Shown in pieces: positions 10,507 to 20,747 of a stretch of 32,000 nt of DNA. Positions within the stretch are counted from its first letter, which is position 1, and every line of letters starts with the position of its first letter. Made by a program: the position numbers and the translations under genes. Where the stretch lies: positions 1,170,001-1,202,000 of the forward strand of contig NZ_CP195536.1 in assembly GCF_051307035.1 (NCBI RefSeq), given 5' to 3'. This stretch comes from Psychrobacter sp. DM4 (GTDB taxonomy: Bacteria; Pseudomonadota; Gammaproteobacteria; Pseudomonadales; Moraxellaceae). The notes beneath the pieces are model-generated. The model saw only the letters and a list, made by a program, of their open reading frames with translations. It was not told the DNA's origin and made no database searches.

Positions 10507-11527
10507 ACAAATGAAGGTAGGTTTAGTACTCTCTGGTGGCGGTGCTAAAGGAGCTTATCAAGCTGGTGTCCTGCGAGCTTTACAAGAATTAGGTACTCAG
10601 ATTGATATGGTGTCAGGCGCTAGTATTGGGGCGCTTAATGGTGGGATACTAGCCAGCGCACCAACACTTATTGAAGGTATTGAGAGAATTGAAAAACTTT
10701 GGAGTATTTTGGCTGAAACCTCTCCTATTCAGTTAAATTCAATGAGTTATATAAAGCTTGCAGTATCTGCAGGAGCTACATTAGTACCTAGCGCCCGTTA
10801 TCTGATGTTAGCCCTCGGTGTATATGACGAGGCGATTCTATCAGATACGCCCTTAACAGAGTTAATGAATGAGTATCTTGACACCAATGAGCTCGCTAAG
10901 GGTCTTCCTCTTTATGTGTCGGTTTATAGAAGTTTAGGCGCAACAATAGATATTGGCCGCTGCTTTTTAGCTGCAACTGAATTAAAAGATACTCCAGACT
11001 CTGAGTTTTTACATGTTCAGTCATTGCCTAAAGATGAGCAGCGTAATGCTTTATTAGCATCAGCAGCACTACCTAAGCTTTTTAAAGCACGAAAGGTGTT
11101 AGGTCATAAGTATACTGATGGGGGTCAAGGTGGCTGGTCAAAAGCACAAGGTAATACACCAATACAGCCTCTGATAGATGCAGGTTGTAATCTTATAATA
11201 GTAACTCACCTTAGCAACGGTTCTTTTTGGAGCCGTAACGACTTTCCTGGGGTAACAATTCTTGAAATTCGTCCTCAGGCAACTATGGCTAGAGCTACGG
11301 GGCTAATGGGAGGTGCTAAAGATTTGCTAGGCTTTGATACAAGCAAAATCCCATCGTGGGTAGAGCAAGGATACAATGATACTTTACATTGCATAGGCCG
11401 AGTAAAGAAAGTAACACAGACTAGGGAGGCACTCAAAGCATCTAAATCTACTTTTGAGGAAAGTGAAAAATATGGAGCAGAAGTTGATATAGCTTTAGAT
11501 GAGATCTTATCAAGAATGAGAGAGTGA
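10499..11527 (+). CDS. Patatin-like phospholipase (342 aa)
   Basis: Oxyanion-hole motif GGGAKG (10535-10552), nucleophile elbow G-A-S-I-G (10616-10630, Ser codon at 10622-10624) and catalytic Asp in DGG (11117-11125). Preferred start is ATG 10499, preceded by GGAGGA. The ORF-track start at 10469 lies inside the upstream gene. Confidence 0.85.
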   Translation: MSEQMKVGLVLSGGGAKGAYQAGVLRALQELGTQIDMVSGASIGALNGGILASAPTLIEGIERIEKLWSILAETSPIQLNSMSYIKLAVSAGATLVPSARYLMLALGVYDEAILSDTPLTELMNEYLDTNELAKGLPLYVSVYRSLGATIDIGRCFLAATELKDTPDSEFLHVQSLPKDEQRNALLASAALPKLFKARKVLGHKYTDGGQGGWSKAQGNTPIQPLIDAGCNLIIVTHLSNGSFWSRNDFPGVTILEIRPQATMARATGLMGGAKDLLGFDTSKIPSWVEQGYNDTLHCIGRVKKVTQTREALKASKSTFEESEKYGAEVDIALDEILSRMRE

Positions 11528-11631
11528 AAATAGTTCTAATGTACTGTTTATAACAGAGTTATGGTTGAACTAAAAGAATGTAGAGATTTAACCCAAGGTC
11601 AAATTAAAATAGCGAATTCGAATATAAAAAA

Positions 11632-11670
11632 CACCTAACTATCTTATTGAAAAATAGTTAGGTGAATTTT
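11632..11670 (+). terminator. Rho-independent terminator-like hairpin closing the GTPase/patatin operon
   Basis: Perfect 11-bp stem: CACCTAACTAT (11632-11642) with ATAGTTAGGTG (11654-11664), 11-nt loop, followed by AATTTT and preceded by an A-run, so it may act in both directions. Confidence 0.6.
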
Positions 11671-11760
11671 AAATGCTTATTTTATACGATCACTGATATC
11701 TAATTAAAATGCTATCTATTCGCCACTTACCTAATTAAAAGCCAGTAAAAAGGACTATCA

Positions 11761-14700
11761 ATGCTTCCTTCGTCAATTGCTCGTGAAATAAAATCTGAGC
11801 TAGAGAACTTTTTATCCAGTAGTTTTCCAATGACTACTGCTGGTTTTCAAGGGCACGGAGAGCAGGGATTGATGGAGCAGTTTTTACGAGATCCTAATCG
11901 GCCAAACAACCTGCTGAAAGGCCCTTGGCTTGAGGTGAAGCTGCCATTTCGAACAGCCAGCCACTCAGCTGAGTCGCCATTAACTGAGGTCAAGCTTGGC
12001 TTTGCCCCTTATATGCACCAGCAGCGTGCTTTTGAACGATTAGCTACCTTGCAGCCGCAGTCGACACTGGTGGCAACCGGTACTGGATCTGGTAAGACAG
12101 AGTGCTTTTTATACCCTATTTTAGATTATTGTTTGCAAGAACGCCGCAAGGGCATCAAGGCTATTATTATCTACCCTATGAACGCATTGGCCACCGACCA
12201 GGCGCGCCGTTTTGCCAAAGAAGTATCGAGTCTGACTCCAAAGCTTACAGTTGGCCTGTTTACTGGTGATGGTGGCTCTGACTCTAGAGTGATGAGCCCT
12301 GACCAAGTCATTACCAATCAGGATACCTTGCGTGATAATCCGCCAGACATCTTATTAACCAACTATAAAATGTTGGACTTCTTATTAATGCGTCCCAAGG
12401 ACCAAAGGCTGTGGAAGCATAACCTCAAGACTCAGGATTTGCTGCGCTACCTCGTAGTGGATGAGCTGCACACTTTTGATGGGGCACAAGGGACAGACCT
12501 TGCCTGCCTGATTAGACGGCTGCGTGACAAGCTGCATCTACGAGATAACTTGGCCTGTGTAGGTACTTCAGCGACTATTGGTGGGGAAAGTGCACGTAAG
12601 CAGCTAGCTGAATATGCCAGTGAGGTTTTTGCTACTAGCTTTGGCTTAGACAGTATCATCCTTGAAGACAGGATTACGGTTGAAGAGTATGTTGAGCAGT
12701 TTCGCGAAAACTCTTTACTTAATGCAGAGCAAAAACCAGAGATTATTGTCGATTGGCCAAAAGCACTTGAAAAAGAACTGCTTCCAGGCGCACTGACGCA
12801 AGGGGTCTATTTACGTCGCCAAGCCAATTTATGGTTCAGTGTCGATCTTGCTTTGGATGTTGATGACCATGATTCCCATGAGTACAAAGCGGCCTGCGTT
12901 GCTTTGGGTGAGTATTTGCATCAGCACACGGCCTTTTTGAGCCTATTACGAGCATCAAACCAGATAGCAGACTTGCGTCAACTGGCTGAGCAGTGGCAAC
13001 AAGACTTTAATCTAAGCAGCACTGATTATACGCTGGCTTTACTAGACAGCTTAACTGCATTGGTTTCTACAGCACGTATCTGGGCGGACGATTCACAGCA
13101 AAAAGTCCGTCCATTTTTACAAGTAAGGGTACAGCTATGGTTGCGTGAGCTAAGGCGTATGTTGGCCAGTGTTAGCCCTGAGCCAAGACTGGTACACTCA
13201 GATGACTTGATTGACTCTACATCACCACTGCATTTACCTATCTTACATTGCCGTGAATGTCATTCTGCCGCTTGGGGTGCCATGTTACCTCAGGGAGAGC
13301 ATACGATTAACCCAGAATTACAACGATTTTATGCGGGCTGGTTCTCCCAATCACCAGACTCAGTCCTACTTTATCCCATTGCTGATAATGAAGAAACCCT
13401 AGATCAGCAGCAAGCTCGAGAAGTGTTCAAATTATGTACCGAATGCTGCGAATTGAATACGGTGCAACATAATCAATGCCAAAACTGTGAACAGCCCTTG
13501 CTCAAAGTATGGATCCCTAATCTGGTCAAACAAGTTGAGCGCGCTGGTCAAACCAAAAATATCCGCACGGATGACTGCCCGCGTTGTGCCGCTAGTGGCA
13601 GCTTGATGATATTGGGTTCACGAGCAGCAAGTTTGGCCAGTGTGGCTATCAGTCAAATCTATGGCTCTCACTGCAATGATGACCATAAATTAATTGCCTT
13701 CTCTGATTCAGTACAGGATGCAGCGCATCGTGCTGGTTTCTTTGGTGCACGCACTTATATGCAGACGGTTCGTCAGGCACTGGCTCATGTGGCTCGCAAT
13801 GAAGGTGATAATATGGCGTTGTCACGGTTTATTGATGAAGTGCCAAAATACTGGCAACGAGAGTTCAATAATGATGCAGGCTTTATTGGCACCTTTATAG
13901 CCCCCAATATGCAGTGGCTGTCTGGTTATCAGGATTTAATAGAGTCTAAAGGTGCAGTCGTTAGTAAGTCTCTACTTGAATTGGTTGCTCAGAGGCTTCG
14001 ATGGGAGGCACTAACTGAGTTTGGGCTGCGTTCAAGAATAGGACGCACATTAGAGCGCTCCTCGGTGGCAGTGATTCAACCTGATCCAGATGCGTTAGAA
14101 GATTGTATAAATCAGATATTGCGTCACTGGCAGGAGGAGTTAGAGCAGTTTCGTTATTTAAAGGTAGAGCAAGTTCGAACTTTCTTATTGGGTTTTCTAA
14201 ATCGATTGCGTCAACAAGGTGCCTTTTATGATCCAATCTTAGACAGCTATGTAAGAGAGGGTGGCACAACCTATCTGTTGTCTCGTATTCCTTGGTTACC
14301 AGGCTTTGGTTTTTCATCAAAACCGCCTGCAGCACTAACCTTTACACCCGTTAATAACAATTTCCAAAACCTAGTAGGTAGAGGTTCTCAGTGGTATCAA
14401 GATTGGTTCAATAAGACAATAGCTTTCGACAATATATTAGCCTCTGCTGAGTATGAACAAGCGGCACGTATTTTAATCAATACGCTTAATCATCATGACT
14501 GGTTGATAGAGAAAGACACAATCAAAGGGGAGGGTGCTTGGTTATTAAATACCGAATATTGGCAAGTAGTAACCTCGGTTGCAACGATTGCTTGTAATTG
14601 CTGTGGTAGCCGTCAAACAATCTCACTACAGCATCAAGCTAATTGGAATGGCATGCCTTGCCTACAAAGTGACTGTAAAGGCTCTTATGTACCCGTGAAT

Positions 14701-17700
14701 AGCGGTCAGATAGGGCAGTTGGCTTATCGGACTTCACCCAAGCGTTTGGTAACCAGTGAACATACAGGACTGCTAGAAGGCAAGGATCGTTTGGCTATTG
14801 AGCAATCCTTTATTTATGGAGAAAACGCTTGGGACGTTAACTTGCTATCGGCAACACCCACCTTAGAGATGGGTATTGATATTGGTGATTTATCCGCTGT
14901 ATTGCTATGCTCTGTGCCCCCTGCGCAAGCCAACTACTTACAGCGCATTGGTCGTGCTGGTCGTAGTAATGGCAATGCGTTAGCACTCACTATAGCCAAT
15001 GGTAGTAATCATGATAACTACTTTTATGAAGACCCATTAGAGATGATTCAAGGGGATGTTGCTACCCCTGGTATCTTCTTAAATGCAATGGCGGTATTGG
15101 AACGTCAACTCATTGCCTATTGTTTTGATCGGTGGGTCGCAACAGGAGTCAGTGAAGATGCGATCGCTCCAACGATGGGCTCGGTGTTAAACAGTTTGCA
15201 AGGCAAAGGAAAAAATACAAGCAATGGATTGGCCATCCAGAGATTTCCTAATAATCTGCTTAGTTTTATCGACGAGCATCAAGAGCAGATTTATAGTAGA
15301 TTTATTCAGTTGTTTAAAGAGCTGGACGAAGAGGGGCAAGCACACTTAAAGGATTTCATTGGCTTACAATACTCAGGCAATGGGCAGGGAAGAAAATCGC
15401 TATCTGGAGAACAAGCAGAGCATACGCCGCTAAGCTGGCGTATCGTTAATAGGCTAAAAGAGTTATTAGACAGCCGTGAGAGCCATAGAAAGCGCGCTGC
15501 AGATCTGAAGAAGAACTTTGAAGTGCTATCAAAGCAGCCGGCAGACGATGCACGAGATCAGACGCTTGGGGACTTAAAACGAGAACGTGATGCATTGCTA
15601 TCATTAATGGGCAGTATTAATAAACAGCCAACGCTCAGCTTCTTTACAGATGAAGGGTTGTTACCGAACTATGCGTTCCCTGAAGAGGGTGTTACCTTAA
15701 ACTCAGTCATTGTGCGTAAAGTCGACCAAAAAGACAGGACTGGCTCTGATAAGTCTTCTGAGAAAAACAGTTATGAGCAAGTCTCTTTAAAATTCCAGCG
15801 CTCAGCACAAGCTGCGCTCAATGAGTTGGTCCCCGAAAATGTCTTCTATGTATCTGAACATAAGATTAGTATTGAGCAGATCGATCTGCGGTTGTCTGAG
15901 CCTAGTGAATGGCGGATGTGTCCTAGTTGCCACTACACTGAAGATATAACTTTATCGGGTGATAAGCACAGTGCATGTCCGCGTTGTGGTGATCCTTATT
16001 GGGCGGATATCCAGCAAAAGCACAATCTGCTTAAGTTACGCCAAGTTTATGCACGTGCTAACTCTCGCTATGACCGTATTAGTGATGACAGTGATCAGAG
16101 AGAGCCTAAGTTCTTTCAGCGTCAGTTATTGATTGATATTGATCCCATAAACTGTCGCAATGCCATGCGTATTGATAACCCTGAGCTACCTTTTGGTTTT
16201 GAATACGTCAGCACAGCTACTTTTAGGGAAGTAAACTTTGGCGAGCAGTTTGGAGAGTTTAATAGCTTCTCTGTCGCTGGTAAGAGCAGCTCAAGAAAAG
16301 GTTTTCAGATATGTAAGTATTGTGGCATGGTGCGTCGTAAAAAGCTTAAGAAAGGGCAGTTTGCTCATGCTTTAGATTGTAGGCTGGCACGTCCTGGTGC
16401 TATTGAGTCTGAAAATGACTGGTTTGAAAGCCTTTATTTATATCGTGAGCTTAAGTCAGAAGCCATCCGCATTTTATTACCTTTAGCTGACGTAGCTGAA
16501 TCAGAACAGGCAAGATTGTCTTTCATTGCTGCTATTAATTTGGGGTTAAAAGAGTATTTCCATGGCGCGGTACAGCATCTTGAAGTTACTGAAATGCGAG
16601 AATCGAGTTTATCTGGTAGCAAACAGTACTTGGTGATTTATGATCGTATCCCTGGCGGTACAGGGTACTTAAAGCAGTTAATGGTATCTCCCACAGCTTT
16701 ATTTACAATGTTGGAAAAAGCGCTGAACCATCTAAGTACTTGTAAGTGTGTGAATGATGAGAATAAAGATGGCTGTTATAGCTGTATTTTGGCTTATCGC
16801 AATAGTCATCATAGACAGGATATCTCACGACAGGCTGCGGTTAAGCTACTGACACAGATTCTGCATAACAAAGATAAGTTAGTGCCTATTGATGCTTTAA
16901 ATGAGGTACCGACCAATCATATCTTAGAGAGTGCTTTGGAAGAGAGGTTTGTTCAGGCGCTGGGCAAGCAGTTTAAAGTGATAAAAGAGCGTATCAATAA
17001 TAAGCCTGGCTATCTTATTGATACGGGATCAAGTATGTGGCAACTAGAGCCACAGGTTGAGTTTGGTAAAGATGATGGGGTGTTAGAAACCCGTGCAGAC
17101 TTCGTGTTGCGTCCGCTCAAAGAAGCAGAACGTACTCAAGATAACGAGCTGATTATTTATACCGATGGTTATGAATATCACAGAGATATTGTGACAGACG
17201 ACTTGCGGAAAAGACTCAGCTTATTACGCTCTGGTCGAAAAGTCTGGGTACTTACTTGGGATGATTTGGACAATGAAAGTACGACCAAAACAGTCAGCCA
17301 GCCACGTCTACTATTAGATTGTACAAAGGAGTCTAGCCCAGGTTGTCGATTATGGAATACGATTGCTCCGAGGCACTCATGGAGAAACTTAAAAGAAATC
17401 CGTGGCTTATTAGAGCAAGGAAATTTTGAATGGCTGAAAGCATGGCTCACAAACTCGAAACAAACATGGCAAGAGCTGACCGAGTCTGCATTATGCTTGT
17501 CTTTCCTACAGCTGGTACCACGTCGACCACAGTTGGATGAGTTTGTTGCGAATCAGATAGAAAACAATACCAATTGGTATGAGGCAGTTGTCGACAGCTT
17601 ACCGAGTGATCCTAGTAACTGGGGCGTTGTTGCAGATAGAGATAACCATTCGAATGCTTGGCATCTGCTCAGTTATATTGAAAAGGATCATATAGAGTCA

Positions 17701-18243
17701 TTAAAGACCGACCAGCCAATGTTACACATTTTTATGAGTATCAATGATGCTGTATTCAATAGTCAGCATTCTAAAGAAGTAAAAGAAACGTGGCGACGAA
17801 TTTGGCAGGCTTATAACGTCTTACAGTTTGCGCCAAGATTTCATCCAGTCACAGAATCAGGTCTGCAAGTTGGCTTATTTACGGATTTACTGGGAATGGG
17901 TACGGAGCATCAAGAATCTATCGGAAGCACTACCGCAAGTTATGATGTAAATAGAAGTGCTTTAGATAAAGAGTGGGTTGATATTCGTGAGCTCAGCGAA
18001 TTAACGAATGATGAGATTATGTCTTTACAAAACCTTATAACAGTAGCGCCTGAAGTGGGAATTGACTTAACGAATGAAGAGGGTGCCACAATAGGTACCG
18101 CTGAATTAGCATGGTTTGATCGTAATATTGCTGTATTTATTGAACCAGTTGATGAGTTGCCAGAGTTAAAAAATTGGTTACTTATTTCATTAGAGTCTGA
18201 CAACTGGTTAGAGCAGTTAGAAACGGCGCTAGGCGCTAATTAA
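11761..18243 (+). CDS. 2160-aa DExH-box SF2 helicase fused to DUF1998/MrfA-type Zn-ribbon region and a C-terminal DUF559/Vsr-like fold; DrmA+DrmB-like (alternatively DruE-like)
   Basis: Motif I GSGKT (12085-12099), motif II DELH (12460-12471), motif III TSAT and motif [11 protein letters not shown]. RecA2-type motifs appear only after a roughly 700-aa insertion carrying CxxC pairs. The DUF1998-like part shows CPSCHY...[21 protein letters not shown] and CKC...DGCYSC. AAGGA SD lies 8 nt upstream of the ATG. Confidence 0.85.
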   Translation: MLPSSIAREIKSELENFLSSSFPMTTAGFQGHGEQGLMEQFLRDPNRPNNLLKGPWLEVKLPFRTASHSAESPLTEVKLGFAPYMHQQRAFERLATLQPQSTLVATGTGSGKTECFLYPILDYCLQERRKGIKAIIIYPMNALATDQARRFAKEVSSLTPKLTVGLFTGDGGSDSRVMSPDQVITNQDTLRDNPPDILLTNYKMLDFLLMRPKDQRLWKHNLKTQDLLRYLVVDELHTFDGAQGTDLACLIRRLRDKLHLRDNLACVGTSATIGGESARKQLAEYASEVFATSFGLDSIILEDRITVEEYVEQFRENSLLNAEQKPEIIVDWPKALEKELLPGALTQGVYLRRQANLWFSVDLALDVDDHDSHEYKAACVALGEYLHQHTAFLSLLRASNQIADLRQLAEQWQQDFNLSSTDYTLALLDSLTALVSTARIWADDSQQKVRPFLQVRVQLWLRELRRMLASVSPEPRLVHSDDLIDSTSPLHLPILHCRECHSAAWGAMLPQGEHTINPELQRFYAGWFSQSPDSVLLYPIADNEETLDQQQAREVFKLCTECCELNTVQHNQCQNCEQPLLKVWIPNLVKQVERAGQTKNIRTDDCPRCAASGSLMILGSRAASLASVAISQIYGSHCNDDHKLIAFSDSVQDAAHRAGFFGARTYMQTVRQALAHVARNEGDNMALSRFIDEVPKYWQREFNNDAGFIGTFIAPNMQWLSGYQDLIESKGAVVSKSLLELVAQRLRWEALTEFGLRSRIGRTLERSSVAVIQPDPDALEDCINQILRHWQEELEQFRYLKVEQVRTFLLGFLNRLRQQGAFYDPILDSYVREGGTTYLLSRIPWLPGFGFSSKPPAALTFTPVNNNFQNLVGRGSQWYQDWFNKTIAFDNILASAEYEQAARILINTLNHHDWLIEKDTIKGEGAWLLNTEYWQVVTSVATIACNCCGSRQTISLQHQANWNGMPCLQSDCKGSYVPVNSGQIGQLAYRTSPKRLVTSEHTGLLEGKDRLAIEQSFIYGENAWDVNLLSATPTLEMGIDIGDLSAVLLCSVPPAQANYLQRIGRAGRSNGNALALTIANGSNHDNYFYEDPLEMIQGDVATPGIFLNAMAVLERQLIAYCFDRWVATGVSEDAIAPTMGSVLNSLQGKGKNTSNGLAIQRFPNNLLSFIDEHQEQIYSRFIQLFKELDEEGQAHLKDFIGLQYSGNGQGRKSLSGEQAEHTPLSWRIVNRLKELLDSRESHRKRAADLKKNFEVLSKQPADDARDQTLGDLKRERDALLSLMGSINKQPTLSFFTDEGLLPNYAFPEEGVTLNSVIVRKVDQKDRTGSDKSSEKNSYEQVSLKFQRSAQAALNELVPENVFYVSEHKISIEQIDLRLSEPSEWRMCPSCHYTEDITLSGDKHSACPRCGDPYWADIQQKHNLLKLRQVYARANSRYDRISDDSDQREPKFFQRQLLIDIDPINCRNAMRIDNPELPFGFEYVSTATFREVNFGEQFGEFNSFSVAGKSSSRKGFQICKYCGMVRRKKLKKGQFAHALDCRLARPGAIESENDWFESLYLYRELKSEAIRILLPLADVAESEQARLSFIAAINLGLKEYFHGAVQHLEVTEMRESSLSGSKQYLVIYDRIPGGTGYLKQLMVSPTALFTMLEKALNHLSTCKCVNDENKDGCYSCILAYRNSHHRQDISRQAAVKLLTQILHNKDKLVPIDALNEVPTNHILESALEERFVQALGKQFKVIKERINNKPGYLIDTGSSMWQLEPQVEFGKDDGVLETRADFVLRPLKEAERTQDNELIIYTDGYEYHRDIVTDDLRKRLSLLRSGRKVWVLTWDDLDNESTTKTVSQPRLLLDCTKESSPGCRLWNTIAPRHSWRNLKEIRGLLEQGNFEWLKAWLTNSKQTWQELTESALCLSFLQLVPRRPQLDEFVANQIENNTNWYEAVVDSLPSDPSNWGVVADRDNHSNAWHLLSYIEKDHIESLKTDQPMLHIFMSINDAVFNSQHSKEVKETWRRIWQAYNVLQFAPRFHPVTESGLQVGLFTDLLGMGTEHQESIGSTTASYDVNRSALDKEWVDIRELSELTNDEIMSLQNLITVAPEVGIDLTNEEGATIGTAELAWFDRNIAVFIEPVDELPELKNWLLISLESDNWLEQLETALGAN

Positions 18244-18253
18244 GGAGTAGAGT

Positions 18254-20440
18254 ATGGCTAAGGTACAGCCCAAAGTAGCGTTAGGGGACGGCTTTCTTCA
18301 GGCTTTTGCGAGCATTCCTCGTAAAAAGCAAAAAGCAGTAATGAACTTTGTCAGTAAGTTTCGTGCTGATCCTCGAGCATCAGGCATTAATTATGAATTG
18401 ATACGAAATGCTCGAGATCCCAACTTTCGATCTGTACGTATTGATAGAGACTATCGCGGCATTGTACTTAGCCCAGAGCAGGGAAATGTTTATATCTTAC
18501 TATGGGTAGATAATCATGATAATGCTTATACCTGGGCGGTGCGGCATCGTTGTCAGATTCATCCAAAAACAGGATCTCTACAATTATTTGAGGTGGAGCA
18601 TGAATTAGAGAGTGTTGAGGAAGATGCACAACCCCCTGTTGTAGAAGCTAATGCTCTACAAAACCAGGCTGAAAAGGTGAGTGCAGCTGTTGACGCAGCA
18701 CCATTGTTTGATTTAGAAGACGATGTGTTATTAAGGATAGGTGTCCCGCAGGAGCGCTTAGCACTAGTACATTCTTTGACTAGCGAAGTGGAGCTAGAGA
18801 GAGTAGAGCGCCGATTACCTATTGAAGCATTTGAGGCACTATATCTATTAGCAGCAGGGACGCCCTTAGAGGATATTGTTCAAGAATACTCGGTCTTGAA
18901 GTCCAAAGAGCCTGTAGACACGGAAGATTTTGAGAGAGCATTAGATAACCCAGCGACACAGCGTCGATTCCATGTTCCTGAAGATGAGCAGGAGCTAGGT
19001 CGTATGCTTAATGCACCTTTAGAGCGCTGGAGAGTATTCTTACACCCTTCACAGCGTCAGCTGGTAGAGCGAAACTGGAATGGTCCAGTACGAGTTCTAG
19101 GGGGTGCTGGTACAGGTAAAACGGTTGTTGCTATGCACCGTGCACGCTGGTTAGTTTCTCAACCAGATTGGCCAAAAGATGCTCGTCTGCTGTTTACCAC
19201 ATTTACGAGTAATTTAGCTTTAGATATTGCAGATAATTTACGCAAGATATGCACGCCTGAGCAAGCCCAGCGCATTGAGGTAGTTAATCTTGATGCATGG
19301 GTCAGTCAGTTTGTTAAGCGTAATGGTTATCAATCTACCATTATTTACCCTGGTGGCAGAGATAGACACTATGAAAACTGCTGGAGCAAGGCAATGGCTT
19401 TAGTTCCTGGCGAGCTTGACTATCCTGATAGCTTTTATAAAGAAGAGTGGCAGCGGGTTATTTTGTCTCAGCAAGTGCGTAGTCGTCGAGAGTATTTTAA
19501 TGCTAGTCGTATTGGTCGAGGTGTTGCGCTAAATAGGCGACAGCGAGCAGATATTTGGCCTGTTTTTGAGGAGATGCGAGAGCAGCTGGCGAGAGGTGGG
19601 TTTGTCACTGTAGAAGATGCAATGCACCATGCCCTAGATTTAATGCAAAGTGGTGGTGATAAACGTAGTTATCGTGCTGTCGTCGTAGATGAAGGGCAGG
19701 ACTTTACATCTGAGTCATTAAAACTGTTACGCGCACTGGTTCTAGAGAATCAGAATGATATGTTCATCGTTGGGGATGCGCATCAACGTATCTATCAACG
19801 TAAAACAAGCTTTAGTCAGTGTGGTATTAATATCATAGGGCGTGGTCGTAAGTTGAAAATTAACTATCGTACTACAGAACTAATTCGTCGTTATGCGACT
19901 GCTTTATTAGAAAATGTAGATATCGATGATCTAGATGGTGGTATCGATAGTACAAATGACTACCGCTCATTGGTATTAGGCCAAGAGCCTGTTGTTCAAA
20001 ATTTTACAGATATTGATAGTGAGATACAGTGGTTAGTACAGCAGATTGAAAAGTTAAAAAATGAAGACGTTTCTCTTTCAGAGATATGTTTTGTTGCACG
20101 TACGAATCAATTATGCAAATCGTATGCAAATATTTTACAAAGTCACGGAGTGCCTACTCATACACTTTCTCGCCAAAAGTCAGACGATCGATCTAAAGAA
20201 GGGGTACGTCTAGCTACCATGCATCGTATTAAAGGGTTGGAGTTTAGATGCGTCATGATGGTGGGTATTAATAAGGGGGTAGTGCCATTAAACATTGCAA
20301 TAAATGCATCGGAAGATGTAGTAGAGCAGCGTCTATCAGATGTTAATGAAAGGGCTTTATTTCATGTTGCAGCAACTCGTGCCGTTCGATATTTATATAT
20401 TTCTAGCCATGGTACGCCGAGTGAGTATTTAGGTGGTTGA
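18254..20440 (+). CDS. UvrD/Rep-like SF1 helicase (728 aa) with N-terminal RelE/ParE-like domain
   Basis: Walker A GGAGTGKT, motif II VVVDEGQDF, motif III VGDAHQRIY, motif IV NYRTT, motif V TMHRIKGLEF and motif VI FHVAATRAVRYLYIS. N-terminal residues about 10-95 (FRSVRIDRDYRGIVLSPEQGNVYILLWVDNHDNAY) match the RelE/ParE toxin-fold pattern. AAGGAG SD lies 10 nt after the preceding stop. Confidence 0.85.
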   Translation: MAKVQPKVALGDGFLQAFASIPRKKQKAVMNFVSKFRADPRASGINYELIRNARDPNFRSVRIDRDYRGIVLSPEQGNVYILLWVDNHDNAYTWAVRHRCQIHPKTGSLQLFEVEHELESVEEDAQPPVVEANALQNQAEKVSAAVDAAPLFDLEDDVLLRIGVPQERLALVHSLTSEVELERVERRLPIEAFEALYLLAAGTPLEDIVQEYSVLKSKEPVDTEDFERALDNPATQRRFHVPEDEQELGRMLNAPLERWRVFLHPSQRQLVERNWNGPVRVLGGAGTGKTVVAMHRARWLVSQPDWPKDARLLFTTFTSNLALDIADNLRKICTPEQAQRIEVVNLDAWVSQFVKRNGYQSTIIYPGGRDRHYENCWSKAMALVPGELDYPDSFYKEEWQRVILSQQVRSRREYFNASRIGRGVALNRRQRADIWPVFEEMREQLARGGFVTVEDAMHHALDLMQSGGDKRSYRAVVVDEGQDFTSESLKLLRALVLENQNDMFIVGDAHQRIYQRKTSFSQCGINIIGRGRKLKINYRTTELIRRYATALLENVDIDDLDGGIDSTNDYRSLVLGQEPVVQNFTDIDSEIQWLVQQIEKLKNEDVSLSEICFVARTNQLCKSYANILQSHGVPTHTLSRQKSDDRSKEGVRLATMHRIKGLEFRCVMMVGINKGVVPLNIAINASEDVVEQRLSDVNERALFHVAATRAVRYLYISSHGTPSEYLGG

Positions 20441-20569
20441 AGTCTAAGATAGGTTGTCTTACGGTTAAAACCCAAATATGAATCATGCCACCTGAATCTT
20501 ACTAAAAATAGTAGGAATACGATAAATCGTGTCAGAAAATATTTAATTAGCTTTTTATAAATAATGTAG

Positions 20570-20737
20570 GATAACGTGCGTATCCATAGTGATTTCAACG
20601 AGTCACTCTTTAATGAGGACGGTTCTGCAAAAGATGTTCTTGATAAAGAGTACCACCTATTATATGTTGCCATGACTCGCGCTAAGAAGAAGCTATATGC
20701 CACTAATATCGCTAAAGTAATCGGAATCATACAGTAA
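20570..20737 (+). pseudogene. C-terminal remnant of a second SF1 (UvrD_C-type) helicase
   Basis: A short frame opens after TAG 20567-20569. From GTG 20576 it reads VRIHSDFNESLFNEDGSAKDVLDKEYHLLYVAMTRAKKKLYATNIAKVIGIIQ*. LLYVAMTRAKKKLY is a textbook SF1 motif VI, but no upstream helicase motifs exist in any frame of 20441-20569. Its stop abuts the SD of the next gene. Confidence 0.55.
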
Positions 20738-20747
20738 GGGTAACGAG

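Noticed and set aside
6938-11760. Search for direct or inverted terminal repeats, or target-site duplications, flanking the dynamin/patatin cassette
   Set aside because: Only trivial shared words such as TAACTAT were seen by eye in the two AT-rich flanks. The insertion mechanism therefore remains unsupported and needs a computational repeat search.
12121-18203. Seven embedded ORFs (60-124 aa) within the 2160-aa helicase gene: 12121-12306(-), 12447-12659(-), 13211-13402(+, alternate frame), 13694-13900(+, alternate frame), 13961-14335(-), 16434-16622(-), 17178-17450(-) and 17940-18203(-) are the ORF-track entries in this span
   Set aside because: All are embedded in a continuous 6.5-kb ORF with ordered helicase and DUF1998 motifs. 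None has an RBS or a recognisable domain.
20362-20730. 122-aa minus-strand ORF spanning the UvrD-like 3' end and the intergenic region
   Set aside because: It overlaps the real helicase C-terminus and is antisense to the motif-VI remnant. Its hydrophobic, low-complexity translation is typical of antisense AT-rich DNA. The plus-strand reading (LLYVAMTRAKKKLY) explains the region better.
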